Below are positions 39,222 to 48,479 of a stretch of 64,000 nucleotides of DNA, one piece after another. The position numbers and the translations under genes are program-made. Each line of letters starts with the position of its first letter. The first letter of the stretch is position 1. The notes under the pieces are model-generated. The model was not told the origin of the DNA and made no database searches. It was given only the letters and a program-made list of their open reading frames with translations. The stretch lies in NCBI GenBank assembly GCA_036505835.1, contig DASXST010000079.1, positions 2,426 to 66,425 on the forward strand, written 5' to 3'. This DNA comes from Pseudolabrys sp. Its GTDB lineage: Bacteria > Pseudomonadota > Alphaproteobacteria > Rhizobiales > Xanthobacteraceae.

Positions 39222-41104
39222 CAGCGCTTTCCTTCGCCTGCGATGACCCGCGAAGATAGAGGCACGGCATAGAGTTCGTCCACCAGCGCGGAGCGGTTCT
39301 TCAGCACCGCGCGCTGGTTGATCGAGCCCTTGTCGGTCATTTCGCTTTTGTCCATGGAGGGCGGCTCGGCCATAAGGATCGCGCGTTCGACGCGGGTCGA
39401 GGAGCCGGGATTGAGCGCCGCGAGTTTAGTGAGCAGCTCGGTAAATTTTCGTCGCACCGACGGGACTTCAATGATCTTGTCCGCCCGAGCGTCAGGCGAG
39501 AGACCGACGAGCTTTCGACATGCTTCGACATCGGGAAATATCAGCACTGCGATGTCGTCGCGATCCGCGCCGGCAAATACGACGTCGCGCACATAGGGCG
39601 CGAAGTGATCGAGGAAACGGGCGCGCAAGGGTCCAACGCTGACCCATGTTCCCGTTGAAAGCTTGAAGTCTTCGGCGATGCGACCGTCGAAGAGAAGTCC
39701 CTTGGCGGGGTCGTTGGGATCGACGAATTTCAGCGCATCGCCGAGCCGGTAGTAACCCTCTTCATCGAAGGCTTCGCGGGTCAAATGATCCTGTCGCCAG
39801 TAGCCGGGCGTAATGTGCGGGCCACGCAATCGCGCTTCAAGCTTCCCTTCTTTCGGAACGAGCTTGAGCTCGACGCCGGGGGCCGGCAGGCCGATGTTGC
39901 CGGGCCGATCAAAATCCCACGAGCACGCCAGCGCGAGTGGCGCGGTCTCGGTCGAGCCAAGCGAAGACAGGAATATTATGCGCTCACCGGTAGTCTCGAC
40001 TGCGAGCCGCGTCAATTCATCCCATGTGGTCTGATTCAATCCGGCGCCGGCGTAAAAGAGCACCTTGAGGCGGCTGAAGAAGTTTCGGCGCAACTCATCG
40101 TCGGCGCGGAAGAGGGCGATCAGCGCTTCATAACCCTTGGGAACGTTGAAATAGATTGTCGGCGCGATCTCCCGGAGGTTTTTTGCCGTTTTCGGGATCC
40201 CGGGCGGCGTCGGATTGCCGTCGTCGATATAAAGCGAGCCGCCGTAGGTGAGCACCATATTGAAATTGTGGTTGCTGCCGAAAGTATGGCTCCATGGCAA
40301 CCAGTCGACGACGACAGGCGGCTCGTCCGTCACGAAAGCAAAACCCGATCCCAGCATCGCCTGGTTTGAGCACAGCATGCGGTGGGTGTTGACGACACCC
40401 TTGGGATTTCCGGTTGAACCGGAGGTGAACAGGAATTTGGCAATCGTATCCGCGGACACGGCGCGGTTCGCGGCAGCGACGCCGGCCTCGTCGGTCGCGC
40501 CGAGAAGATCGGCAAACATCGTGGTCTTGCGGTCGCCAAGCGGATTGCGCGTGACGACCAGTTCGATGTCGTCGGAAACCGTCTGATAGAGCGCGCGCGC
40601 GAACGGCCCGCCATCATTGGCAAAAACAAGCCCGGGCGTGATGCGATTGACGATCTCGCGCAATTTGCCGAAGTCGCTCGACATGAGCGAGTAAGCTGCC
40701 GATATCGGCGCGTACGGGATGCCGACGTACATCGCGCCGAGGGCGAGCAGCGCGTGCTCGACATCGTTGCCGGAGATTACGGCGATCGGCTTTTCGGCAG
40801 ACAGCCCGCGGCGAAGCAGGGCGGCGCCGATGCGCTTTGCGTCGGAGAGGACCTGCGCGTAGGAGAGTTTGCGCCATTCGCCCTGCGCGTCCCGCTGCGC
40901 AAGAAACACGCGGTCAGGCGCAGTCTTCGCCCAATATTCCAGCGGTTGGCTCAGGTTGTCGCGATAGCGGCCAAGACTTTGCGCGGCGCGGATATGAATG
41001 ACGCCGTCCGGTCGCTGCTCAAGAACAACGTCAGGTCTTCCCAGCCGCACTGCGCGAAGTGGCGCGGCTGCCTGCGTTTCGACGCCTGTAGCTAATCCCG
41101 GCAT
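39221..41104 (-). CDS. fcs: Feruloyl-CoA synthetase
   Basis: FTSGSTGNPKG P-loop, DWLPWSHTFG, GSTETAP, GRIAEDFKLSTGTWVSVG, TDKGSINQRAVL. Confidence 0.88.
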   Translation of the reverse strand: MPGLATGVETQAAAPLRAVRLGRPDVVLEQRPDGVIHIRAAQSLGRYRDNLSQPLEYWAKTAPDRVFLAQRDAQGEWRKLSYAQVLSDAKRIGAALLRRGLSAEKPIAVISGNDVEHALLALGAMYVGIPYAPISAAYSLMSSDFGKLREIVNRITPGLVFANDGGPFARALYQTVSDDIELVVTRNPLGDRKTTMFADLLGATDEAGVAAANRAVSADTIAKFLFTSGSTGNPKGVVNTHRMLCSNQAMLGSGFAFVTDEPPVVVDWLPWSHTFGSNHNFNMVLTYGGSLYIDDGNPTPPGIPKTAKNLREIAPTIYFNVPKGYEALIALFRADDELRRNFFSRLKVLFYAGAGLNQTTWDELTRLAVETTGERIIFLSSLGSTETAPLALACSWDFDRPGNIGLPAPGVELKLVPKEGKLEARLRGPHITPGYWRQDHLTREAFDEEGYYRLGDALKFVDPNDPAKGLLFDGRIAEDFKLSTGTWVSVGPLRARFLDHFAPYVRDVVFAGADRDDIAVLIFPDVEACRKLVGLSPDARADKIIEVPSVRRKFTELLTKLAALNPGSSTRVERAILMAEPPSMDKSEMTDKGSINQRAVLKNRSALVDELYAVPLSSRVIAGEGKR

Positions 41105-41119
41105 TCGCTCGCTTCCACC

Positions 41120-41929
41120 TCAGGTCCGAGTCACTTTGGGCGCGCGCTTCTCCAAAAAATCCTTCAGCCGTGCCTTGGCATCGGGATCCGCCTGCGCGAT
41201 TGCCGACATCAAGGCCTCGACCGCGTAGCCGCTGGCCGGGTCCATTTCAGCGATGCGGGGCAGCGCGTGCATCACAGCGAAATTCGTCAGGGGGGCATTC
41301 CCTGCAATACGTTGCGCCAATTCCAGTCCCTTGGCGAAGCCTTTGCCTGTCTCGACCAGGTATGTGGTCAGGCCCATCGCCTGGCCTTCTTCCGCCGAGT
41401 AAGTGCGGCCCGTCAGCATCATATCCATCATGCGCGCGACACCGATGAGCCGCGGTAGCCGCACCGAACCGCCACCGCCGACATAGATGCCGCGGCTGCC
41501 TTCCGGCAGCGCGTAGTAGGCCGAGCGCTCTGCAACGCGAACATGCGCGGCGGCGGCAAGCTCGAGGCCGCCGCCAATGACCCCGCCGTGCAATGCGGCA
41601 ACGACCGGCACCTTGCCGAACTGGATCTTCTCGAATGCGCGATGCCACAGGCTCGAGTGGGCTATTCCCTGCGCAATGTCGCGTTCCTCCAGTTCCGACA
41701 GATCAAGACCGGCAGAGAAGTGCTCGCCCTCACCTGCAATCAGCACGGCGCCGATCCCGCCCGGCAGCGAGGCGAAAAATTGCTCGATGCCAACGATTGT
41801 CTCGTCATCGAGGGCGTTGCGTTTCTGCGGACGATTGAGCTTCAGTACTGCCACGCTTCCATGCCGCTCGGCGGCAAGCGAGGCAGGCAGCTGTGCGGCA
41901 AAGCTCTTCGACGACATTGTCCGGCTCAT
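41120..41929 (-). CDS. Enoyl-CoA hydratase (crotonase family)
   Basis: NRPQKRNAL, FSAGLDL, GGGLELA, LPEGSRGIYVGGGGS; adjacent to fcs. Confidence 0.88.
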   Translation of the reverse strand: MSRTMSSKSFAAQLPASLAAERHGSVAVLKLNRPQKRNALDDETIVGIEQFFASLPGGIGAVLIAGEGEHFSAGLDLSELEERDIAQGIAHSSLWHRAFEKIQFGKVPVVAALHGGVIGGGLELAAAAHVRVAERSAYYALPEGSRGIYVGGGGSVRLPRLIGVARMMDMMLTGRTYSAEEGQAMGLTTYLVETGKGFAKGLELAQRIAGNAPLTNFAVMHALPRIAEMDPASGYAVEALMSAIAQADPDAKARLKDFLEKRAPKVTRT

Positions 41930-42025
41930 ACTGTACGTGGCCAGACCATCATGTCGTTGTGAGGCCGTCTCCGCAACGCTCAGTTCTTGACCACAGGACA
42001 GCCGTCCTCTTTCAGCTGACAGCGC

Positions 42026-42478
42026 TCACTCCACTTCGTATACGTCGAGCCTGACGGCGCGCGGCTCCCGTTGGCCCTTCGCCACGGCGAGTATGCGGTT
42101 GAGCCAGTCAAGCGATGGATCGGCGGTCTCAAACCTCATCACGGTGCGGAAATAATAGTGAGATGGGTCGACATCCTCGCCGCGCGCCAGTTTTTCCATC
42201 ACATCTGCCGGGCCATGGCGCAAGCCTTCACTGGTCACCATGACCAGTGCGCCGGCTTCCGACTCGATCGTGTAGCGGGCTTTGATGTCGGCGGCACCGT
42301 CGCTGCGGATGATCTGCCAATCAGCGCCGCCTGGGCGAATCCGGCCGGTGAGTTTTGGCCCATGAACGGTGCCTCCGAGGATTCCGATCACGCGCCGCTC
42401 GCCATAGGGGGTTCGCCCGAGACTGGTGATGGCCTCGAGCTCGGCACGAATCGTGAAAATCGGCTGATTGCGCAACAT
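42026..42478 (-). CDS. DUF3237 (UPF0311) family protein
   Basis: GRTPYGERRVI..GG, GGADWQ, YYFRT..RFET signature. Confidence 0.85.
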   Translation of the reverse strand: MLRNQPIFTIRAELEAITSLGRTPYGERRVIGILGGTVHGPKLTGRIRPGGADWQIIRSDGAADIKARYTIESEAGALVMVTSEGLRHGPADVMEKLARGEDVDPSHYYFRTVMRFETADPSLDWLNRILAVAKGQREPRAVRLDVYEVE

Positions 42479-42522
42479 CGATGGCGGTCCGTTGGAGCCC
42501 CAACTTGTGATGTGATCGCCAT

Positions 42523-42551
42523 TTGACCCTGCCGATGGGCAGCCGTAAATA
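42523..42551 (+). promoter_or_regulatory. Possible sigma70 promoter of pcaIJFHG
   Basis: TTGACC-N17-TAAATA upstream of pcaI. Confidence 0.35.
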
Positions 42552-42576
42552 CGGACCACAACCGGGATCAGTTCGT

Positions 42577-43437
42577 ATGGCGCGTATTTCCTCGCTCGCC
42601 GAAGCCATCAAATCAGCCGTTCGAGACGGCGACACCGTGGCGCTCGAGGGGTTTACTCATCTTATCCCTCACGCGGCCGGCCACGAGATCATCCGCCAGG
42701 GCCGCAAGGGATTGACATTGATCCGGATGACTCCGGATCTCGTTTACGACCAGCTCATCGGCATGGGCTGCGTCAGCAGGCTGGTTTTTTCATGGGGCGG
42801 CAATCCCGGCGTCGGTTCGTTGCACCGCCTGAGAGACGCCATAGAGAATGGCTGGCCGCAAAAGCTCGAGCTGGAAGAGCATTCGCATGCAGCCATGGCC
42901 AACGCCTATGAGGCCGGTGCAGCCGGTCTGCCCTGCGCCATCTTCCGCGGCTACATCGGTGGCGATCTGCCGAAGGTGAATTCGACAATCAAGCGCGTGA
43001 CATGCCCGTTCAGCGGCGAGGAGCTTGCCGCCGTTCCGGCGCAGCGGCCCGATGTGGCGGTGATCCACGCGCAGCGCGCCGACAAGGCCGGCAACGTCAT
43101 GATCGAGGGCGTCCTTGGCGTGCAGAAGGAAGCCGTGCTCGCATCCAAGCGCTCGGTGGTGACAGTCGAGGAGATCATCGACGAGCTTCCCGAGCGCAGT
43201 CTCAACGCGGTCGTGCTGCCGCATTGGACCGTGGGTCACGTGGTCGAGGTGCCAGGTGGTGCCTATCCGTCTTATGCGCAGGGCTATTACCCGCGCAACA
43301 ACAACTTCTACAAGGAATGGGATGCCATCTCGCGTGAGCGTGAATCGTTCCTCGCCTGGATGAAAGAGAATGTGCTCTCAAAAGGTCCGGAGGCTTTCGC
43401 CAGGTTTACGCGCAAGCATCGCATGGCGGCGGAGTAA
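42577..43437 (+). CDS. pcaI: 3-oxoadipate CoA-transferase subunit A (GctA-like type)
   Basis: ALEGFTHLIP, RMTPDL, SWGGNPGVGSLHR; pca operon context. Confidence 0.85.
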   Translation: MARISSLAEAIKSAVRDGDTVALEGFTHLIPHAAGHEIIRQGRKGLTLIRMTPDLVYDQLIGMGCVSRLVFSWGGNPGVGSLHRLRDAIENGWPQKLELEEHSHAAMANAYEAGAAGLPCAIFRGYIGGDLPKVNSTIKRVTCPFSGEELAAVPAQRPDVAVIHAQRADKAGNVMIEGVLGVQKEAVLASKRSVVTVEEIIDELPERSLNAVVLPHWTVGHVVEVPGGAYPSYAQGYYPRNNNFYKEWDAISRERESFLAWMKENVLSKGPEAFARFTRKHRMAAE

Positions 43438-43442
43438 ACATC

Positions 43443-44216
43443 ATGACTGACTATAAGCCCAATGAAATGATGACCGTCGCCGCGGCCCGCGCCCTGAAAA
43501 ACGATGATGTTTGCTTTGTCGGCATCGGCCAGCCGTCTGCCGCCTGCAATCTCGCGCGACTGACCCATGCGCCCGACATTACGCTGATCTACGAATCCGG
43601 CACGCTTGCGACCAAGCCGAACATATTGCCGCTGTCGATCGGCGACGGCGAATTGTGCGAGACCGCGCTGACCACCGTCTCCGTGCCGGAAATGCTTCGC
43701 TATTGGCTGCAGGGCGGCCGCATCAAGGTCGGTTTTTTGGGCGGCGCGCAAATCGACCGGTACGCCAATCTGAACACCACTGTTGTCGGCCCCTACGACA
43801 AACCGAAAGTTCGGCTGCCTGGCGGCGGCGGCGCCCCGGAAATTGCAACCTCCTGCGGCGAGATCTTCATCATCATGACGCAAGGCAAACGGGGCTTTGT
43901 CGACAAGCTCGATTTCGTGACCTCGATCGGTCACGTGTCTGGTGGCGACAGTCGTGCCCGGCTCGGTGTGAAGACCAAGGGTCCAACCAAGCTTATTACC
44001 GATCTGGCCCTGTTCGAGCCGGATCCGGAAACGAAAGAGATGACTGTCGTTTCCATTCACCCCGGCGTTACGCGCGAGCAGATCCAGGACAATTCCGGCT
44101 GGAAGATCAAATTTGCATCCAAGGTTGCCGAAACCCCGCCGCCGACAAAGCACGAGCTTGAAGTGCTGCGCGATCTTCATGCCCGCACCGATCGCGCGCA
44201 CGCGGAGGCCGCCTGA
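43443..44216 (+). CDS. pcaJ: 3-oxoadipate CoA-transferase subunit B
   Basis: CFVGIG, IYESG (catalytic Glu), GAQIDRYANLN, RLPGGGGAPEI. Confidence 0.85.
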   Translation: MTDYKPNEMMTVAAARALKNDDVCFVGIGQPSAACNLARLTHAPDITLIYESGTLATKPNILPLSIGDGELCETALTTVSVPEMLRYWLQGGRIKVGFLGGAQIDRYANLNTTVVGPYDKPKVRLPGGGGAPEIATSCGEIFIIMTQGKRGFVDKLDFVTSIGHVSGGDSRARLGVKTKGPTKLITDLALFEPDPETKEMTVVSIHPGVTREQIQDNSGWKIKFASKVAETPPPTKHELEVLRDLHARTDRAHAEAA

Positions 44217-45427
44217 TGGCGCGCGAGGTCTTTCTCTGCGACGCGATCCGGACGCCGATCGGACGCTATGGTGGCGCGCTTGCGAAAGTACGAGCGGATG
44301 ATCTCGCCGCGGTTCCAATCAAGGCGCTGATGGCCCGCAATCACAGCATCGATTGGCAAAGGCTCGACGAAGTCTACTACGGGTGCGCCAACCAGGCGGG
44401 TGAAGATAACCGGAACGTGGCGCGCATGGCGCTTTTGCTTGCGGGGCTGCCGACGAGCGTTCCCGGCGTCACGCTCAACCGCCTTTGCGCCTCGGGAATG
44501 GAAGCGGTCGGCACTGCCGCGCGGGCAATCCGCGCTGGCGAAATGGAATTCGCCATTGCCGGCGGCGTGGAATCAATGACACGCGCGCCCTTTGTCCAGG
44601 GTAAGGCGCAGGAAGCCTTTTCGCGCAGCGCAGAAATCTACGACACCACGATCGGCTGGCGCTTCGTCAATCCGCTGATGAAGCAGCAGTACGGCGTCGA
44701 TTCCATGCCGGAAACCGGCGAGAACGTAGCAGAAGAATTCCAGGTCACCCGCGCCGATCAGGATGCCTTCGCGCTCCGCTCCCAGCAGCGCGCCGGCAAG
44801 GCCATTGCATCGGGATATTTCGCCAAAGAGATTGTTGCGGTCGAGGTGCCCGGCGGCAAGGCGGGTCCTATCAAGGTCGATAAGGACGAGCATCCGCGGC
44901 CCGATACGACGCTCGAGCAGCTCGCCAAGCTCAAGACTCCCTTCCGCAACCCGGGCACGGTGACCGCCGGCAATGCCTCCGGCGTCAATGACGGTGCAGC
45001 TGCAATAATCGTGGCTTCCGAAGCGGCGGTGAAGACACACGGCCTCAAGCCGCGCGCCCGCATTCTTGGCATGGCTTCGGCGGCTGTGCCGCCGCGGATC
45101 ATGGGCATTGGGCCAGTGCCGGCCACGCAAAAACTAATGGCGCGGCTCCGGCATAAAATTGACGATTATAGTTTGATCGAGATCAACGAAGCCTTCGCCT
45201 CGCAGTCGCTAGCGTGCTTGAGGCAACTGGGGCTTGCCGACGATGCCGAACACGTCAATCCGCACGGCGGTGCGATCGCGCTCGGTCACCCTCTTGGCAT
45301 GTCCGGCGCCCGCCTGGCATTGACGGCCGCACACGGGCTCGAAGAAAACGGCGGCAAGCTCGCTCTTGCCACAATGTGTGTAGGCGTTGGGCAAGGCGTG
45401 TCGCTCGCAATCGAACGGGTCAGTTGA
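44216..45427 (+). CDS. pcaF: 3-oxoadipyl-CoA thiolase
   Basis: GCANQAGEDNRNVARM, NRLCASG, NEAFA, GHPLGMSG, MCVGVGQG. Confidence 0.92.
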   Translation: MAREVFLCDAIRTPIGRYGGALAKVRADDLAAVPIKALMARNHSIDWQRLDEVYYGCANQAGEDNRNVARMALLLAGLPTSVPGVTLNRLCASGMEAVGTAARAIRAGEMEFAIAGGVESMTRAPFVQGKAQEAFSRSAEIYDTTIGWRFVNPLMKQQYGVDSMPETGENVAEEFQVTRADQDAFALRSQQRAGKAIASGYFAKEIVAVEVPGGKAGPIKVDKDEHPRPDTTLEQLAKLKTPFRNPGTVTAGNASGVNDGAAAIIVASEAAVKTHGLKPRARILGMASAAVPPRIMGIGPVPATQKLMARLRHKIDDYSLIEINEAFASQSLACLRQLGLADDAEHVNPHGGAIALGHPLGMSGARLALTAAHGLEENGGKLALATMCVGVGQGVSLAIERVS

Positions 45428-45450
45428 AGCGCTAGAGTAAGGACACAAGA

Positions 45451-46158
45451 ATGACGCTGGTCTTTCCAAAAGAGAGCTTGAGCGCTTTTCCAAAGCATCT
45501 CACGCCCGCTTACCGCAGCACGGTCAAGCGTTCGCCATCGAAGCCATTGATCGTTGTCCTGCATACACTGTCGGAACTGACTGGCCCGGTTTATGGCCAC
45601 GACGCCGTGCAGGAAAGCGATGCGGATCTCACGAAACAGCACAAGGGCGAGCCACTGGGTGAGCGCATCATTGTGCATGGTCATGTGCTCGATGAGGACA
45701 AGCGGCCGGTTCTCGATACGCTGGTGGAAATCTGGCAGGCCAATGCGTGTGGCCGCTATGTGCACAATGTCGACCAGCATCCGGCTCCGCTCGATCCGAA
45801 CTTTACCGGAGCCGGACGGACCATCACCGACAAGAAGGGCTGCTATCGGTTTGTCACTGTGAAGCCGGGTGCATACCCATGGGGCAATCATCACAATGCT
45901 TGGCGGCCAAACCACATCCATTTTTCGGTGTTCGGCCACTCATTCATGTCGCGCCTGGTGACGCAGATGTATTTCCCCGGAGATCCGCTGTTTCCGTTCG
46001 ACCCGATCTTCAATTCAGTGACGGACGAGAAAGCGCGACAACGCATGGTCTCGACGTTCGACCTGGAGAACACCATTCCCGATTGGGCGCTATGCTTCCG
46101 CTTCGATATCGTTTTGCGCGGACGCGAAGCTACGCCGCAAGACACGGACAAACACTAG
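45451..46158 (+). CDS. pcaH: Protocatechuate 3,4-dioxygenase beta subunit
   Basis: EIWQANACGRY, PGAYPW, WRPNHIHFS (Fe ligands Tyr/Tyr/His/His), TQMYFPGDP. Confidence 0.93.
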   Translation: MTLVFPKESLSAFPKHLTPAYRSTVKRSPSKPLIVVLHTLSELTGPVYGHDAVQESDADLTKQHKGEPLGERIIVHGHVLDEDKRPVLDTLVEIWQANACGRYVHNVDQHPAPLDPNFTGAGRTITDKKGCYRFVTVKPGAYPWGNHHNAWRPNHIHFSVFGHSFMSRLVTQMYFPGDPLFPFDPIFNSVTDEKARQRMVSTFDLENTIPDWALCFRFDIVLRGREATPQDTDKH

Positions 46159-46773
46159 ATGTCGGAAATCACTCCCTCACAAACTGTCGGCCCGTTCTTT
46201 GCCTATGGTCTGGCGCCGCACAGCCGTTGCGACTGGAAGCCGAGCGATGTCTACGACTGGAAGGACACCGCGGGCGCGAATCTTTTAACGTCTGATGCCT
46301 CGGGCACGAAGATTCGCATCGAAGGGCAGGTGCTCGACGGCGATGGGATGCCGATCAATGACGCCATGGTCGAGGTATGGCAGGCGGATGCGCAGGGCCG
46401 CTACGCCCATCCGAGCGACAGCCGCGCCCGCCCGAATACCAAGTTCATGGGCTTCGGCCGCTCGGCAACCGACAAGAACGGCGTGTTCAGCTTCGATACC
46501 ATCAAACCAGGTTCGGTGCCGGGACCGAATGGCAAGGCCCAGGCGCCGCACATAGTGTTCTGTATCTTCTCGCGCGGAATGTTGCGGCAGATTTACACCC
46601 GTCTCTATTTTGGCGACGAGGCCGCGAATGACGGCGATCCCATCCTGTCGATAGTGCCGGCTGACCGGCGTGGGACCCTCATTGCCCACAAAGAGGTCCG
46701 GAGCGGGCTCCCTGTCTACCGGTTCGACATCCGGGTCCAGGGCGAGAACGAAACCGTTTTCTTCGACATCTGA
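46159..46773 (+). CDS. pcaG: Protocatechuate 3,4-dioxygenase alpha subunit
   Basis: TPSQTVGPFF, WQADAQGRY, QAPHI, TRLYF, YRFDIRVQGENETVFFD. Confidence 0.93.
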   Translation: MSEITPSQTVGPFFAYGLAPHSRCDWKPSDVYDWKDTAGANLLTSDASGTKIRIEGQVLDGDGMPINDAMVEVWQADAQGRYAHPSDSRARPNTKFMGFGRSATDKNGVFSFDTIKPGSVPGPNGKAQAPHIVFCIFSRGMLRQIYTRLYFGDEAANDGDPILSIVPADRRGTLIAHKEVRSGLPVYRFDIRVQGENETVFFDI

Positions 46774-46792
46774 AATTCCGCTGAGGGCCGAT

Positions 46793-46814
46793 TGCTTTCG
46801 GACTGAAAGCAGTT
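46793..46814 (+). terminator. Possible terminator hairpin after pcaG
   Basis: TGCTTTC-GGACT-GAAAGCA; weak U-tract. Confidence 0.3.
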
Positions 46815-46958
46815 CAAGGCAGCGCGCCCAACGCTGCCCGCAACCAGCGCTCATGCTGTGGGCAGCCACCCGCCATCGGATACGTGGCGCCGACAGCCAA
46901 CCTTACTAATCTCCCTGAGCTGAGTAATACGGGTCATCGGCTGACGGGCCAAATCCCA

Positions 46959-47017
46959 CCCACTTTGCCCACCTTTCCCAATTTGATATTTTTGGTTGAC
47001 GGCGAAAGCCCAAATTG
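46959..47017. promoter_or_regulatory. Tandem 9-bp direct repeats (candidate operator array)
   Basis: CCCACTTTG, CCCACCTTT, CCCAATTTG (46959-46985) and CCCAAATTG (47009-47017) flanking TTGACG at 46996. Confidence 0.55.
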
Positions 47018-47066
47018 GTTCCTTCGCGACATAACGGCCCCTGAGAGCCGACGAGGAAGCGCTGCC

Positions 47067-48479
47067 GTGAATGAACAGATCCTCCAGGAGATCAGCGAAT
47101 TCTGCCGCGCTCGCGGGCTGGCCGAATCGACCTTTGGCCGCCGCGCCGTCAACGACGGTAAGCTGGCGAGCCGTCTTCGCAACGGCGGCCGCATCACCAC
47201 CGACACGCTCGAGCGCATTCGCTCATTCATGGCGCGCAATCTGGACGGCGCCCCGGCGCGGCGCCGCGTCCTGTTCGAGCCGACGCCCCCCGGCGTTCTT
47301 CCGGTTGTTAGGCCTACGGCGGTGCCGCCTGTCGCATCGGGAGTGGCCAGTGACGATCCGCAGCGCAATTTCCGTTTCTTCGACAATCGGCAGAAATACC
47401 TGCTGTTCGTGAACACTTGCTCGGAGAAATGGGAAATTGCATCGCGGGTGGGACTTGAACTGGCCAACATTCACCCGCGCCCGCCTGCGGTACGCGTGTT
47501 CGATGCCGGCGTCGGCGACGGCACTGTGCTGGCGCGCGTGATGCGTTCGATGCACGATCGTTTCCCGACCACGCCGTTCTATATCGTCGGCAAGGAAATC
47601 AGCCTCGAGGATATCCGGCTCACGCTGCACAAGATGGCGGATCGCTTTGTCGAGCATCCTTCGAGCGTACTTGTGCTCACAAACCTCGCCTATGCCGAAG
47701 CGCCCTGGCTGGCGGTGAAATCACTGAGCGCGGCCGCCAGTCTGGTCTGGAAAGAGCTGGCGATGGAAGGCAACACCGCGCACAGCTTCGAAAGGCAGAT
47801 CACCGATCTCGAACCGTTCCTGTCCGACAACTGGAAGGCGCGCGTTAGCCCGAAAAGCGGGAATCCGGTCTATGAGCGGCCGGTGATCCTCGTGATCTAT
47901 CGCAGTGACCACCGTTTTCTGCTCGACCAGATCGTGCCGAAGCCGGGCGGCACAGTCGCCGACTATGACCTCGTCATCGCGTCCCAGCCGTACCGCGCGC
48001 GCGCTTCGCTGGAGTTCAAAGCAAAGCGGGTGCTTGTGCCGCTCGCCCGCGCGCTGGGGCCGGGCGGCCGAATGATCGCAATCCATTCCTACGGGCGGGA
48101 TCCCGGAATGGAAATCATCAATCGGATCTGGCCAAGCGATAATCCATTCACCCACAGCCGCCACGATCTGCTCAAGGCAGTGAAGCACGAGCTCGGCTCC
48201 GCGGGCCGCGATCTGAACTTCAATGCCTATTCCGATCAGCGCTCATTATTCCGCTACGACATGCATACGCTTCCGTCGGAAATTTCATCGTCGATCGGCA
48301 CCTCGACGCTGTTGGCGGCATGGAACGCGGCAATCTATGTGGGGCAGATCGAGGACGACCGTCTCTCCGACGTGAACAGCGATCGCCGCTATATCGAGGC
48401 GACGCGCGACGTGCTGCAGCAACATGGCGGCCTCTGGTTCTACGATGAATCGTTCGTCATTTCGCGTCGACGCGAATGA
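47067..48479 (+). CDS. Uncharacterized fusion: N-terminal Cro-like HTH plus class I SAM-dependent methyltransferase-like domain
   Basis: N-terminus ILQEISEFCRARGLAESTFGRRAVNDGKLASRLRNGG; Pro-rich linker; RVFDAGVGDG, GKEIS, YDLVIASQPY, LGPGG; GTG start after GAGGA. Confidence 0.75.
   Translation: MNEQILQEISEFCRARGLAESTFGRRAVNDGKLASRLRNGGRITTDTLERIRSFMARNLDGAPARRRVLFEPTPPGVLPVVRPTAVPPVASGVASDDPQRNFRFFDNRQKYLLFVNTCSEKWEIASRVGLELANIHPRPPAVRVFDAGVGDGTVLARVMRSMHDRFPTTPFYIVGKEISLEDIRLTLHKMADRFVEHPSSVLVLTNLAYAEAPWLAVKSLSAAASLVWKELAMEGNTAHSFERQITDLEPFLSDNWKARVSPKSGNPVYERPVILVIYRSDHRFLLDQIVPKPGGTVADYDLVIASQPYRARASLEFKAKRVLVPLARALGPGGRMIAIHSYGRDPGMEIINRIWPSDNPFTHSRHDLLKAVKHELGSAGRDLNFNAYSDQRSLFRYDMHTLPSEISSSIGTSTLLAAWNAAIYVGQIEDDRLSDVNSDRRYIEATRDVLQQHGGLWFYDESFVISRRRE

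Noticed and set aside
47067-47240. Prophage remnant suggested by the Cro-like domain
   Set aside because: No phage genes, integrase or divergent CI-like repressor nearby; the domain is fused in frame within a metabolic operon
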